From Nitriliruptoraceae bacterium (GTDB lineage Bacteria; Actinomycetota; Nitriliruptoria; Nitriliruptorales; Nitriliruptoraceae), in the NCBI GenBank assembly GCA_047610595.1, contig JBLFZR010000001.1, positions 25,746-89,745 of the forward strand: 64,000 nucleotides of DNA, given 5' to 3'. The position numbers and the translations under genes were made by a program. Of this stretch, positions 54,401 through 64,000 are shown one piece after another. Position 1 is the stretch's first letter, and each line of letters opens with the position of its first letter. The notes under the pieces were generated by a model. It was not told where the DNA came from and made no database searches. It saw only the letters and a program-made list of their open reading frames with translations.

Positions 54401-55615
54401 ATGCACATCCGGGATTACTCCGACAACGACCATGACGCGCTGGTGCGCGTGTGGACCGAATGTGGCTGGCTCGAAGATGCCAGTGATAACGCGCAGCTCA
54501 CACACTTCATGCAGGACGCGCGCGCCAAGGTCGCCATCGTCGATGGTGGGCCCGAAGCGTGCGCCGTCGTGCACGACGGAACGATGCTGCACACCAACAC
54601 CGACCTGCCGCTGGCAGCCGTCACGGCGGTCACGACCAGCCGGGTTGGCCGCAAGCAAGGCCTCGCGCGCGCCGCGCTGCGTCCGCTGCTGGTCGAGGCA
54701 GCCGAGCGAGGCATGGCCGTCTCGGTGCTCGGGATGTTCGAACAGGGGTTTTACGACACGGTGGGGTTCGGGACCGGCAGCGAGTGGCTCTCGCACCGGA
54801 TTGACCCAGCGGACCTCGACCCGTCCCTGCCGTACCGACGTCCAGAGCGACTTGACGCTGAGGACGATGCCGCCGCGATGGCGGCGTGCCTTATGACGCG
54901 TCAGCGCGCCCATGGTGCGGTGTCCCTGCCGTCGCCTGGCATACGTCGGGCTGAGGCTGCGTGGGCTGACGGCGGGTTCGGGCTCGGCTACCGCGACGCG
55001 GACGATCGACTAACGCACTTCATATGGTTCGGATCGAAAGGCGAGTACGGCCCGTATCGGGTTGCGATGTGGGGCTGGCAGGACACCTCACAGCTGCGTG
55101 AACTCCTCGGCATGATCCGCTCGCTCGGCGACCAGGTCAGGACCGTCAGCATCCCCGAACCGGCGCAGGTGCAGCTGCAGGTTCTGACGCGCAATCCAGG
55201 ACGCAGCGAGATATCTCGCACCGAAGGCGAGCATTCGTTCCAGTTCCGCGCCTCCGCCTGGTGGCAGGCTCGCATGCTCGACGTGCCGGCATGCGTGGCA
55301 GCGATGTCGACGATCGCGCCTGTGCCCTGCAACATCGAGCTCACTGACCCCCTGGCGGACGGCCCTGACGGTTGGCACGGTGTGGCGGGCAGCTGGGTGC
55401 TGGACCTCGACACGACGTCGTCTGCCATCCGGGGCCGTGACGATGCCCTGCCAACGCTGCGCTGCTCGGTGAACACGTTCACCCGGCTGTGGCTCGGGGT
55501 GCGCTCCCCTCGGGTGCTTGCCGCGTCCGATGAGATGCAGCTGCCGGCGACGTTGCTGGACGCGCTCGAGCACGCCATCAGGCTCCCCCGGCCTGACGTT
55601 GCGCTGGACTTTTAA
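54401..55615 (+). CDS. Eis-like GNAT N-acetyltransferase (GNAT + SCP2-like C-terminus)
   Basis: ATG 54401 has AGGAG 5 nt upstream. RVGRKQGLARAAL acetyl-CoA loop. MFEQGFYDTVGFG. ARMLDVPACVAAM, an Eis-type region. ~404 aa, the size of Eis. Confidence 0.75.
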   Translation: MHIRDYSDNDHDALVRVWTECGWLEDASDNAQLTHFMQDARAKVAIVDGGPEACAVVHDGTMLHTNTDLPLAAVTAVTTSRVGRKQGLARAALRPLLVEAAERGMAVSVLGMFEQGFYDTVGFGTGSEWLSHRIDPADLDPSLPYRRPERLDAEDDAAAMAACLMTRQRAHGAVSLPSPGIRRAEAAWADGGFGLGYRDADDRLTHFIWFGSKGEYGPYRVAMWGWQDTSQLRELLGMIRSLGDQVRTVSIPEPAQVQLQVLTRNPGRSEISRTEGEHSFQFRASAWWQARMLDVPACVAAMSTIAPVPCNIELTDPLADGPDGWHGVAGSWVLDLDTTSSAIRGRDDALPTLRCSVNTFTRLWLGVRSPRVLAASDEMQLPATLLDALEHAIRLPRPDVALDF

Positions 55616-55617
55616 CC

Positions 55618-56457
55618 TCATGCAGCGGTTGTAACGACCCAGTTCGCGTGCCGGTCGATGTCGCTGTAACCCACGCCGACGTACACACGGTTGCTGGTCG
55701 AGTTTGTGGCATCCGTGAGCAGGACCACCCGCTCGGCACCACGCTCGAGCGCCGCACCTGTCAGGTGCGCGGTGAGCGCGGCTGCGTACCCGCGTCGCCG
55801 TAGCGATGGCGGCGTGTAGACCGGGCCGATGCGGTGCGAGACAGGCGTCGACAGCCGCCCCATCGCCATCGCGACCGGCACGCCGTCACGTTCCCAGAGG
55901 CGCATCGACGACCCAACCGACTCCAGCTGCGCGTTCCACACCTCGCGACTGGTGTCATTCACTCCAAGGGCCTCAACGGCGAACGCGTCCATCCACCCGG
56001 CCACCAGCGGATGATCGGTGGGCCGCATCGGGCGCATCCACCCCGCCACATGCCACGGAATCAAGGCTTCGCTGCATATCAGCAGCCGCTGCTCCATCAC
56101 CCGACTCGCCCAGCCACCGATCAGCCGAGCGATGTCGCGCGCAACCGACTCGGCCACGTCCCCCGGGCCGAACAGCTCCAACCTGCCTAGGCCGGCTGTG
56201 AGCGTAAGCAGCGGCTGTGCAAGCATGCGACGAACGCCGTCGTCATCAGCGAGCAACGCGACCAAAGCTTTCGAGCCCGACAGTGTGTGCCCGCTCTCAA
56301 CACCGACTGCGGCACCGACAACGGCACCTCTGTCGCGCACCTCGAGTATCAGCTGCGCCTCGTCCAGCAACGAGACAAGAAACTCTGACCGTGGCAGCTG
56401 GTCGAGCAAGAAGACACGGCACGCATCGGTCGGCTCGCGACGCTGGACGATCTCCAT
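55618..56457 (-). CDS. GNAT family N-acetyltransferase
   Basis: C-terminal GNAT core PVYTPPSLRRRGYAAALTAHL...LLTDATNSTSNRVYVGVGY. Start is uncertain. Confidence 0.7.
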   Translation of the reverse strand: MEIVQRREPTDACRVFLLDQLPRSEFLVSLLDEAQLILEVRDRGAVVGAAVGVESGHTLSGSKALVALLADDDGVRRMLAQPLLTLTAGLGRLELFGPGDVAESVARDIARLIGGWASRVMEQRLLICSEALIPWHVAGWMRPMRPTDHPLVAGWMDAFAVEALGVNDTSREVWNAQLESVGSSMRLWERDGVPVAMAMGRLSTPVSHRIGPVYTPPSLRRRGYAAALTAHLTGAALERGAERVVLLTDATNSTSNRVYVGVGYSDIDRHANWVVTTAA

Positions 56458-56472
56458 ACCGCAACCCGTCCG

Positions 56473-58704
56473 TCAGCCCATACCTGGTACGACGCGGTAC
56501 GCGTCATACACGCCGCCGACACTTCGGACCTGCGCCAGCGCATGCTCGAGGTGTGCGGGATCGGCTAGCTCAAAGCTGAAGCGCAGCACCCCAACTCGGT
56601 CACGACGCGTCGTGACCTGCGCGGACAGGATGTTGATGTGCAGGTCACCCAGCACCGCCGTGATGTCACGAAGCAGGTGCTTGCGGTCCAGCGCTTCAAT
56701 CTGGACCGTGACCATAAACGTCGAGCCCGACGCACCGGTCCAGTCCACCGAGATCAAACGTTCCGGTTCCTGCTCCAGCTCTGCGACGTTCGAGCAGCCT
56801 TGATGATGCACCGACACACCCCGGCCACGTGTCACGTAGCCCACGATGTCATCGCCCGGCACCGGCGTGCAACAGCGCGCCAGCTTGACCATCATGCCGC
56901 TGTCACCGTCAACCTCGACACGATCGGTACCGGCGCTGTTGATCGAGATCGACCGGGAGGACTGCTGGGCCGGCACCACCTCCGGCTCATCGTCTGACTC
57001 GGTGACCGACTGCACAAGGAAGTGTGCGACCTGCTTGGGGTCGAGATGGTTGCCGCCGATGGCCCGCAGCAAGCCGGTCAGGTCTGACTGGTTGTAATGC
57101 GCAGCCGCGTCGGCAAGGTCGCCCGACGTCGCGGCACGCGAGAGCGAGATACCTGACCGCCGCAGGGCACGTGACAGCAGCTCGCGACCGCGCTCCTCAT
57201 CGTCTTCGCGGCGCTCCTTGTTAAAGAACCCACGGATCTTGGAGCGGGCGCGCGGCGAGGTCGCGATCTGGAGCCAGTCACGTGACGGACCTGCATCTTC
57301 GGCCTTGGACGTCAACACCTCGACCGTGTCGCCGTTCGTCAGCTCATGATCAAGCGGGACGAGCCGCCCGTTCACCCGTGCCCCGATACAGCGGTGCCCT
57401 ACCTCGGTGTGCACGGCGTACGCGAAGTCGATCGGCGTGGCCCCCGCGGGCAACGCGCGTGCGTCGCCCTGCGGCGTGAAGACAAACACCTGATCCTGAT
57501 ACAGATCAAGCTTCAGCGACTCGAGGTAGTCCCCTGGATCGTCGTCATCTGTCTGCCAGTCGACCATGGCGTCCAGCCAACCGAGCTCGCTCGACCCGTC
57601 ATCCGGCGTCCCCTGTCCGCCGCGCCCGTCCGTTTTGTACATCCAGTGGGCTGCGACACCGAACTCGGCGGTGTTGTGCATCTCACGGGTGCGAATCTGG
57701 ATCTCAATCGGCCGCGCATCGGGCCCCACCACCGTGGTGTGCAACGACTGGTACAGGTTGAACTTCGGCATCGCGATGTAGTCCTTGAAGCGCCCCGGCA
57801 TAGGACGCCAGTGCGCATGCAGCTGGCCAAGGACGGCGTAGCAATCACGCACGGACTCCACGATCACGCGTACGCCCACGAGATCATGAATCTCGTCGAA
57901 CTCTTTGCCGCGCAGCACCATCTTCTCGTAGATCGAGTACAGGTGCTTCGGCCGCCCGCTGACATCGGCGCGGACGCGCACCTCTCGCAGCTGCTCGTGC
58001 ACCTCGCCGATCACGGTCTTGATGTACGACTCGCTGTCAGGCGAACGTTGACCGACCATCGCGACCAGCTCGTCATACCGCTTGGGATGCAGCGTCTGAA
58101 ATCCCAAGTCTTCGAGCAGCAGCTTGAAGTTCTGCATCCCAAGCCTGTGGGCCAAGGGGGCGTAGATATCAAGCGTTTCCTGCGCGATGCGCTTCTGCTT
58201 CTCACGCGGCATATGGCCGAGCGTCTGCATGTTGTGCAGCCGGTCCGCGAGCTTGATGACCAGCACCCGGATGTCCTTGGCCATCGCCAAGATCATCTTG
58301 CGCATGGTCTCGGCCTGCTGCTCCTGGCGGGACTCCACCTGCAGCCGGTCCAGCTTGGTCACCCCGTCCACCAGATGCGCGACGGGCGCTCCGAACCACG
58401 CCTCCATCTGTGACAGCGAAGCTTCCGTGTCCTCGACGACGTCGTGCAGCAGGGCTGCAACCAGCGTGTCTGTGTCCAATCCGAGGCCCGCGAGGATGGT
58501 GGCCACGGCGATCGGATGCGTGATGTACGGCTCGCCGCTCTTGCGGACCTGACCGTCGTGCGCCGCGAACGCGACCTCGTACGCCCGCATCACCTCTCGC
58601 ATATCGACCTTCGGCGACGAAGCGCGCACCGCAGTCGCAAGGTCGGCTAGCAGCTCGGGCAGCTCCGGGCGCCCTCCGGGCAACCGGGACAGCACGCTGC
58701 GCAC
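56473..58704 (-). CDS. relA: bifunctional (p)ppGpp synthetase/hydrolase
   Basis: HD hydrolase YITHPIAVA...HDVVEDT. Synthetase YQSLHTTV. TGS region VFTPQGD...LPAGATPIDFAY. C-terminal ACT. Confidence 0.95.
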   Translation of the reverse strand: MRSVLSRLPGGRPELPELLADLATAVRASSPKVDMREVMRAYEVAFAAHDGQVRKSGEPYITHPIAVATILAGLGLDTDTLVAALLHDVVEDTEASLSQMEAWFGAPVAHLVDGVTKLDRLQVESRQEQQAETMRKMILAMAKDIRVLVIKLADRLHNMQTLGHMPREKQKRIAQETLDIYAPLAHRLGMQNFKLLLEDLGFQTLHPKRYDELVAMVGQRSPDSESYIKTVIGEVHEQLREVRVRADVSGRPKHLYSIYEKMVLRGKEFDEIHDLVGVRVIVESVRDCYAVLGQLHAHWRPMPGRFKDYIAMPKFNLYQSLHTTVVGPDARPIEIQIRTREMHNTAEFGVAAHWMYKTDGRGGQGTPDDGSSELGWLDAMVDWQTDDDDPGDYLESLKLDLYQDQVFVFTPQGDARALPAGATPIDFAYAVHTEVGHRCIGARVNGRLVPLDHELTNGDTVEVLTSKAEDAGPSRDWLQIATSPRARSKIRGFFNKERREDDEERGRELLSRALRRSGISLSRAATSGDLADAAAHYNQSDLTGLLRAIGGNHLDPKQVAHFLVQSVTESDDEPEVVPAQQSSRSISINSAGTDRVEVDGDSGMMVKLARCCTPVPGDDIVGYVTRGRGVSVHHQGCSNVAELEQEPERLISVDWTGASGSTFMVTVQIEALDRKHLLRDITAVLGDLHINILSAQVTTRRDRVGVLRFSFELADPAHLEHALAQVRSVGGVYDAYRVVPGMG

Positions 58705-58810
58705 CCCCGTGGGGCGCGGGGGCGGGGTTGGTACACCCCGTTCGGAACGGTCGCCCGTGCTCGTCAGCCCGCTCCTGTTGCGGTGAAGGAAGACAGGTGA
58801 CTGTACGCGG

Positions 58811-59338
58811 TCAGGCAGTCAGCATCGTCCAAACAGGGGTGTCACCAAGTGCGGCTCGACCATCAAGCATGCCGAGCTCCAGCAGGACATGCACTGCCAC
58901 GACTGTCGCACCCATGCCACGGACGAGCTCGATGGTCGCGGCCGCCGTGCCACCGGTGGCCAGAACATCGTCGACGATCAGAACTCGATCACCGGGTCCG
59001 AACGCATCCGCGTGTAGCTCGATCGTCGCGGTGCCGTACTCCAGGTCGTACGTCACGGCGCGCGTCGCCAACGGCAGCTTGCCGGCCTTGCGTGCCGGCA
59101 CGAAGCCGGCGTCGATCTGATACGCGACCGGTGCGCCGAGGACGAACCCGCGTGCCTCGATACCGACGACTGCATCGATATCGAGGTCGGCGGCCGCCTC
59201 CACAAACTGGTCGATCACGTCACGGAAGGCGGCCGGATCCGCCAGCAACGGGGTCAGATCCTTGAACACGATGCCGGGCTGCGGGAAGTCCGGCACATCA
59301 CGGATCAGCGACGCGAGGGCCGCTTTGTCGGAACCCAT
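58811..59338 (-). CDS. apt: adenine phosphoribosyltransferase
   Basis: FPQPGIVFKDLTPLL and PRPP motif VLIVDDVLATGGTAAA. Confidence 0.93.
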   Translation of the reverse strand: MGSDKAALASLIRDVPDFPQPGIVFKDLTPLLADPAAFRDVIDQFVEAAADLDIDAVVGIEARGFVLGAPVAYQIDAGFVPARKAGKLPLATRAVTYDLEYGTATIELHADAFGPGDRVLIVDDVLATGGTAAATIELVRGMGATVVAVHVLLELGMLDGRAALGDTPVWTMLTA

Positions 59339-59342
59339 CTCG

Positions 59343-60386
59343 TTACTTCCGCTTCTTGTTCTTGCGGCCGCGGCCGCGCACGTAGTCGGTCGTCACGGGC
59401 GCGCGGCTCTGGATAACCGCAGCGGCGTCAACCTTCTCGGCCTCACCCGTCGCGATCTTCTTCTCGAGCTTGGCTGCGAGCTCTGCCATCGCAGGCTCGC
59501 GCTCCTTGAGCCACACCAGGAACGGCGCGGCGATGAAGATCGACGAGTACGCACCAAGCGCCATACCGACAAACAGCGCGAGCGCAAGATCTTGGAGCGT
59601 GTCAGCACCCAGCAGCTGGGCCCCGACGAACAGCAACGCGCCAACCGGCAGCAGCGAGGTGATCGAGGTGTTCAGCGAACGCCACAGCACCTCGTTCAAC
59701 GAGGTGTTCACAGCCTCGGCGTAGCTACGCCGGCCAACCGATCCGAGCTGTGCAACGTTCTCTTCCACGCGGTCGAACACGACCACCGAGTCGTACAACG
59801 AGTAGCCGAGGATTGTCAGCAACGCGATCACCGTCGACGGGCTGATCGTGAATCCGAGCACCGCGTACACGCCGATCGTGAGACCGACATCATGAATCAG
59901 CGCAAGAACGGCCGCGATGGCCATCTTCGGCTCGAGCCGCAGCGAGATGTACAGCACGACCACGATGAGGAACACGATCAGGGCCTCGAGCGCCTTGCCC
60001 GAGATTCGCTTGCCCCACGAGGCACCGACGGTTGTGACGTCAACGTCGGCGTCGTTGCCGACCACGTCGATCAGCGCCGCGATCGCGTTCGCCTCAAGGT
60101 CAGATCCGACCTCGATCGTGCCGACCTTCACGATGACGCCGACCTCGCCGTCACCCTGACTGATCTGCGTCTGGACGTCGGTGGCGCCGACGGCGGTCAC
60201 CGCGTCACCGATCTCGTCGGCGGTGGCGTCGGTCTCGGACGCGGTGACCAGGAACGAGGTGCCACCAACGAAGTCGATGGACAGGTTCATGCCGTTGGCG
60301 AGGAAACCGAAGAGGCTGACGCTCACGAGCACCATGGAGATGAAGGCAAATCGGCGACGGTGGCCGACAAAGTCGAAGCTGGTCAC
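59343..60386 (-). CDS. secF: protein translocase subunit SecF
   Basis: FDFVGHRR, SIDFVGG, and C-terminal TM bundle LLTILGYSLYDSVVVFDRV. Confidence 0.93.
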   Translation of the reverse strand: MTSFDFVGHRRRFAFISMVLVSVSLFGFLANGMNLSIDFVGGTSFLVTASETDATADEIGDAVTAVGATDVQTQISQGDGEVGVIVKVGTIEVGSDLEANAIAALIDVVGNDADVDVTTVGASWGKRISGKALEALIVFLIVVVLYISLRLEPKMAIAAVLALIHDVGLTIGVYAVLGFTISPSTVIALLTILGYSLYDSVVVFDRVEENVAQLGSVGRRSYAEAVNTSLNEVLWRSLNTSITSLLPVGALLFVGAQLLGADTLQDLALALFVGMALGAYSSIFIAAPFLVWLKEREPAMAELAAKLEKKIATGEAEKVDAAAVIQSRAPVTTDYVRGRGRKNKKRK

Positions 60387-61843
60387 GATGCGACCTCCGA
60401 GGTGGTGCGGCCGGTGACGCGAATTGTCTCGCGTCTTAGCATCTTCGTCGTGCTCATCAGGAACACAACCGGGCGGGTGAAGGCGAACAGGATGAGGATG
60501 TCCAGCACCGTCGCGATCCCGAGGGTCAGCGCGAAGCCGCGAACCGGACCGATCGCGAGGAAGTACAGGATGATGGCCGCAGCCAGCGTCACGGTGTTGC
60601 CCGCGAGGTTCGTGCGGAACGCGGATTCGAACGCGCGCTGGACCGCGGTGCGCACGGTCTTGCCGAGGCGCACCTCGTCGCGAATTCGTTCGAAGAACAA
60701 GATCGACGAGTCGGCAGTGATACCGATCGACACCACGATTCCAGCGATACCAGCCAAGGTCAACGAGAAACCGACCTTGCCAAGCAACCCAAGCAAACCG
60801 GTGATGACGGTGCCGAAGATCGCCAACGATGCGATCGCCACAACCCCGAGCCAGCGATAGAACGCGATGAGGTAGATCGCGACGAGCAGCAGGCCGATGC
60901 CGGCCGCGAGAAGACCCGCGTCCAGCGACTCGGCGCCAAGGGTCGGTGAGACGGTGCGGAAGTCCTGGTTGACGAGCGTGATCGGGAGCGCGCCCGTACG
61001 AAGCACGAGAGCGAGGTCACCCGCCTCCTGCTCGCCGCCGTCGTCGGAGATGCCGCCGCCGACGGTGATGGACGCTTGGCCGCCCGCGATCCCGAAGTTA
61101 CACAGCACCGATGGGTTCATCGCGGGGGCCGAGAACACGCGACCGTCGAGCACGATCGCGAACAGGCCCGGTTGGCCCAGGTCTCGTTCGCACGCAAGGT
61201 CAGAGGTGATGGTCTCGAACAGGGCCGCACCCTCGTTGTCGAGATCGAGCGAAACGACCCACGCGCTGCCGTTGATCGTCGCGAAGGCCGAGTCGATCTG
61301 GGAGCCCTGAATCTGGGCCTCGCTCACGCGGTACTTCAGGATAGAGATGGTCTCGCTGCCGCCACCTTCGAGCGCGACCTCGGTACCGGCCTCACACAGC
61401 AGGCCGGCCGCGTCGTTGATGTCGAGCTGCTCCTCGTCGCAGGCGGCGGTGTCGTCGTACCCCTCGTCGCCCGGCTGCAAGATCGCCTCGACCCGGCGGA
61501 ACGTCAGCTTGGCCGTACGACCGATGATGTCCTGAATACGGGACTCGTCATCGATCCCGGGCAGCTGGACGAGGATCTCCTCGCCCTGACGGGTGATGTC
61601 GGGCTCGGCGACGCCCAGCGAGTCGATGCGGCTGCGTATCACCTCGACCGTCTCGTCAAGGATGGCCTCGAAGTCGTCTGGCTTCTCTTCCCCCTCCGTC
61701 AAGACAGGGGTGTAGATAACGCTCACGCCCCCCTCAAGGTCGAGTCCGAGCTTCGGCGTCGCGCCTGTTGCGAGAGACGCCACGAGGGCACCCACCACAA
61801 GAAAGCTCGCGAGCAGCGAGGTGAATAAGGGTCGTCGGTTCAC
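60383..61843 (-). CDS. secD: protein translocase subunit SecD
   Basis: [45 protein letters not shown]. GTG 61843 lies just after the upstream stop, with GAGG upstream. Confidence 0.93.
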   Translation of the reverse strand: [486 protein letters not shown]

Positions 61844-61857
61844 GGGGAAGCCTCGCT

Positions 61858-62661
61858 TCAGCCGAGGTGGTGGCCGTTGGCGGTGATGCGGAACTCGCAC
61901 CCAAGGGTGCGCGCCGCCCGTCGGCACATGATCATGCGGTCGAGGAAGATCTCGAAGTACTCGATCACCGTCGACCGTTCTGTGTCCAGCTCCAGCTCCA
62001 GCGTGATGGTCGCCTTTTCGGCGTCCACCCGCAGGAAGCTGTGCGTAACCGCGTCGTTCACGCGGTCGTGGATGTCTGTGGTGGTGTCCGCGCCGCGTCG
62101 AACGCGGCTGCGGTGCACGTCGGCCTTGTCCGCAAGGATCACAGCAGCACCGACCGGCCCGATGGCCGAGCCGTACTGCTCCTCGTGGTTGCCGATAGCG
62201 CTCAAGATCAGGCCGATCCGGTACGGATCAAGCTCCATCTTCTTCAGCGCGTCGTACGCGATCCACGCGCCTGACAGACCGTGGTTGCTACGGCTGACGA
62301 CGTTGCCTACATCGTGCAGGTAGCCACCGGCGGCGGCGAGCTCGCACAGCTCCTCGTCGGCGCCCAGGTGGTGCAGCACGTTGTGGGCGATGCGCCCTAC
62401 GAGGTTGGCGTGTCGGAAACCGTGTTCGGTGAAACCGAGCTGCCCGAGATTCTGATCCGCGAGCTTGATGAACGCCGAGATCGTCTCGTCGGTCTGCAGA
62501 TCTTCAAGCAGATGCAGGTGCGTCCCGGTGACCTCGGTGGCCAGCGCCGCCGCCTGTGCGTTCTCACGCAACGCTGCAGTGGCGTCAGAAACGAGCAGCG
62601 CCCTGTCAGCCGACGCCCGAATGACGTCTGCGGGCCCGCGCGGCGCCGTCGGCTCGGTCAC
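61858..62661 (-). CDS. HD-domain metal-dependent phosphohydrolase
   Basis: H...HD...H...D pattern: GFRHANLV, GYLHDVGN, IGNHEE, LADKAD. ATGA-type overlap with yajC. Confidence 0.7.
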   Translation of the reverse strand: MTEPTAPRGPADVIRASADRALLVSDATAALRENAQAAALATEVTGTHLHLLEDLQTDETISAFIKLADQNLGQLGFTEHGFRHANLVGRIAHNVLHHLGADEELCELAAAGGYLHDVGNVVSRSNHGLSGAWIAYDALKKMELDPYRIGLILSAIGNHEEQYGSAIGPVGAAVILADKADVHRSRVRRGADTTTDIHDRVNDAVTHSFLRVDAEKATITLELELDTERSTVIEYFEIFLDRMIMCRRAARTLGCEFRITANGHHLG

Positions 62662-63050
62662 GCGTCCCCGTCGTCGTTGGTGGCGTCGTCGGTGGCGTCG
62701 TCGCTCACGTCGTCGGTTGCGTCGTCGGTTTCGTCGTCGGGCGTGATGGTGCTGGCGACCGCGTTACGCGCGAACCGCAGCACCGTGCCATCACCGTCAA
62801 CCACAAGGTCGACAGTCGCTTCGTCGATCGCGTCCACGACACCGTGGAGTCCGCCGATCGTCACAACCGCTGCGCCCACCTCGAGGCCGTCCAGCAGCTG
62901 CTGCTGCTCGGACTGCCGCTTGCGCTGGGGACGGACAAGCAGGAAGTACATCGCCACGAAGAACGCACCAAACAGCAGTAGCTGCCCGATACCGCCGCTG
63001 GTGCTTACCGCGTCCGTGGTGGTCGCGAGCACGCTCAATGACATCCTCAT
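62658..63050 (-). CDS. yajC: preprotein translocase subunit YajC with acidic C-terminal tail
   Basis: LLLFGAFFVAMYFLLVRPQRKRQ and VVTIGGLHGVV. GGGAG lies 7 nt upstream of ATG 63050. Confidence 0.85.
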   Translation of the reverse strand: MRMSLSVLATTTDAVSTSGGIGQLLLFGAFFVAMYFLLVRPQRKRQSEQQQLLDGLEVGAAVVTIGGLHGVVDAIDEATVDLVVDGDGTVLRFARNAVASTITPDDETDDATDDVSDDATDDATNDDGDA

Positions 63051-63123
63051 GCGCTTGCTCCCTGTTGCATGCCGAGCGCCCGCATCGTCGGCGGGCGCCC
63101 GCGCGAGGCTAGCGGGGGCAGTG

Positions 63124-64000
63124 TCAGGCGTCGAACAAGGCTGGCGGACCGGTGATCGCGCCGCCAGCAGGTGGGTCAACGTCCAGATGGGCGTACGCCG
63201 CCAGCGTGGCAACACGTCCGCGCGGCGTTCGCTGCAACAGCCCCATCTGCAGCAGGAACGGTTCCACCGCGTCTTCGACCGTGTCAGTCTCTTCGCCGAT
63301 CGACGTCGCCAACGTCGCGAGGCCGACCGGGCCACCGTCAAACCGCAGCACCACGGCCTCCAGCACTCGTCGGTCAAGCGTGTCGAGCCCGATCGAATCA
63401 ACGTCGAAGATCGTCAACGCTTGCCGTGCGACCGCGAGGTCGACGGTGCCGTCGCCGTGTACCTGCGCGACGTCTCGCACACGTCGGAGCAGCCGGTTGG
63501 CGATACGTGGTGTGCCGCGGCTACGGCTGGCGATCTCACGGGAGGCCTCGGGGTTGACGGGCACATCCAGCAGATGACTGCTGCGTGTCACGATGCGTTC
63601 GAGGTCGTCGGTGTCGTAGTAGTCCAGATGCGCTGCGAACCCGAACCGATCCCGCAGCGGGTTGCTGATCAAGCCGGTGCGGGTCGTCGCCCCGACCAAC
63701 GTGAATCGTGGAAGATCGAGACGGATGCTGCGTGCCGCAGGGCCCTTGCCGACCACGATGTCAAGCTGGAAATCTTCAAGCGCCGGATACAGCACCTCCT
63801 CGACCACCCGTGGCAGTCGATGTATCTCGTCGACGAACAGCACGTCACCTGGCTCAAGGTTGGTCAAGATCGCAGCGACATCGCCCGGACGTTCGAGCGC
63901 CGGCCCGCTGGTCGCGCGAAAGCGCCCCTGCACCTCAGACGCGATGATCGCTGCCAAGGTCGTCTTGCCCAGTCCGGGTGGACCGCTCAGAAGCACATGG
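63124..64000 (-). CDS. ruvB: Holliday junction branch migration helicase RuvB (N-terminus beyond window edge)
   Basis: [45 protein letters not shown]. Confidence 0.93.
   Translation of the reverse strand, partial: HVLLSGPPGLGKTTLAAIIASEVQGRFRATSGPALERPGDVAAILTNLEPGDVLFVDEIHRLPRVVEEVLYPALEDFQLDIVVGKGPAARSIRLDLPRFTLVGATTRTGLISNPLRDRFGFAAHLDYYDTDDLERIVTRSSHLLDVPVNPEASREIASRSRGTPRIANRLLRRVRDVAQVHGDGTVDLAVARQALTIFDVDSIGLDTLDRRVLEAVVLRFDGGPVGLATLATSIGEETDTVEDAVEPFLLQMGLLQRTPRGRVATLAAYAHLDVDPPAGGAITGPPALFDA

Noticed and set aside
59262-60860. 532-aa plus-strand ORF
   Set aside because: It is antisense to secF and secD, which have unmistakable motifs.
63051-63401. Upstream part of ORF 62658..63401
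   Set aside because: It overlaps the ruvB 3' end and has Arg/Trp/Cys-rich composition. The YajC homology starts at the Met encoded at 63050, which has an SD.

Overview
GC-rich chromosomal segment. Gene content and order look actinobacterial (Actinomycetota). Almost every real gene is on the minus strand, and many neighbours share ATGA, GTGA or TGATG stop/start overlaps. The backbone is housekeeping and follows the usual actinobacterial order, read right to left: ruvB(partial)-yajC-HD-secD-secF-apt-relA; two GNATs; two tandem MBL hydrolases; hisS-aspS; rarA; alaS-ruvX-mltG-aroE; aroC-aroK-aroB-pepQ-efp-nusB; polA; rpsA; coaE; uvrB. The clearly accessory part is a ~13 kb type IV pilus locus (23723..36894) sitting exactly between aroE and aroC. 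It encodes pilB, pilT, pilC, a major pilin, pilD, a possible 68-aa sORF, a small excisionase/BldC-like HTH, pilM, pilN, pilO, a PilP-like protein and three prepilin-like proteins. One of those carries two PKD domains. No secretin is present. Odd details in the locus are a PilT with a ~190-aa MshEN/T2SSE_N-type N-terminal domain, a PilP-like protein in a secretin-less cluster, and an HTH gene translationally coupled to pilM. Elsewhere, several housekeeping proteins (NusB, S1, YajC) carry long acidic tails. There are in-frame tandem repeats (upstream of tag, in the RDD protein, in the PilP-like protein) and three strong GC-rich hairpin terminators. I recognised no rRNA, tRNA, CRISPR array, transposase or integrase. 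The many long ORFs antisense to real genes are treated as high-GC artefacts. All functional calls come from motif recognition by eye; no searches were run. Start codons were re-picked from SD-like sequences and neighbour overlaps, so they are approximate.
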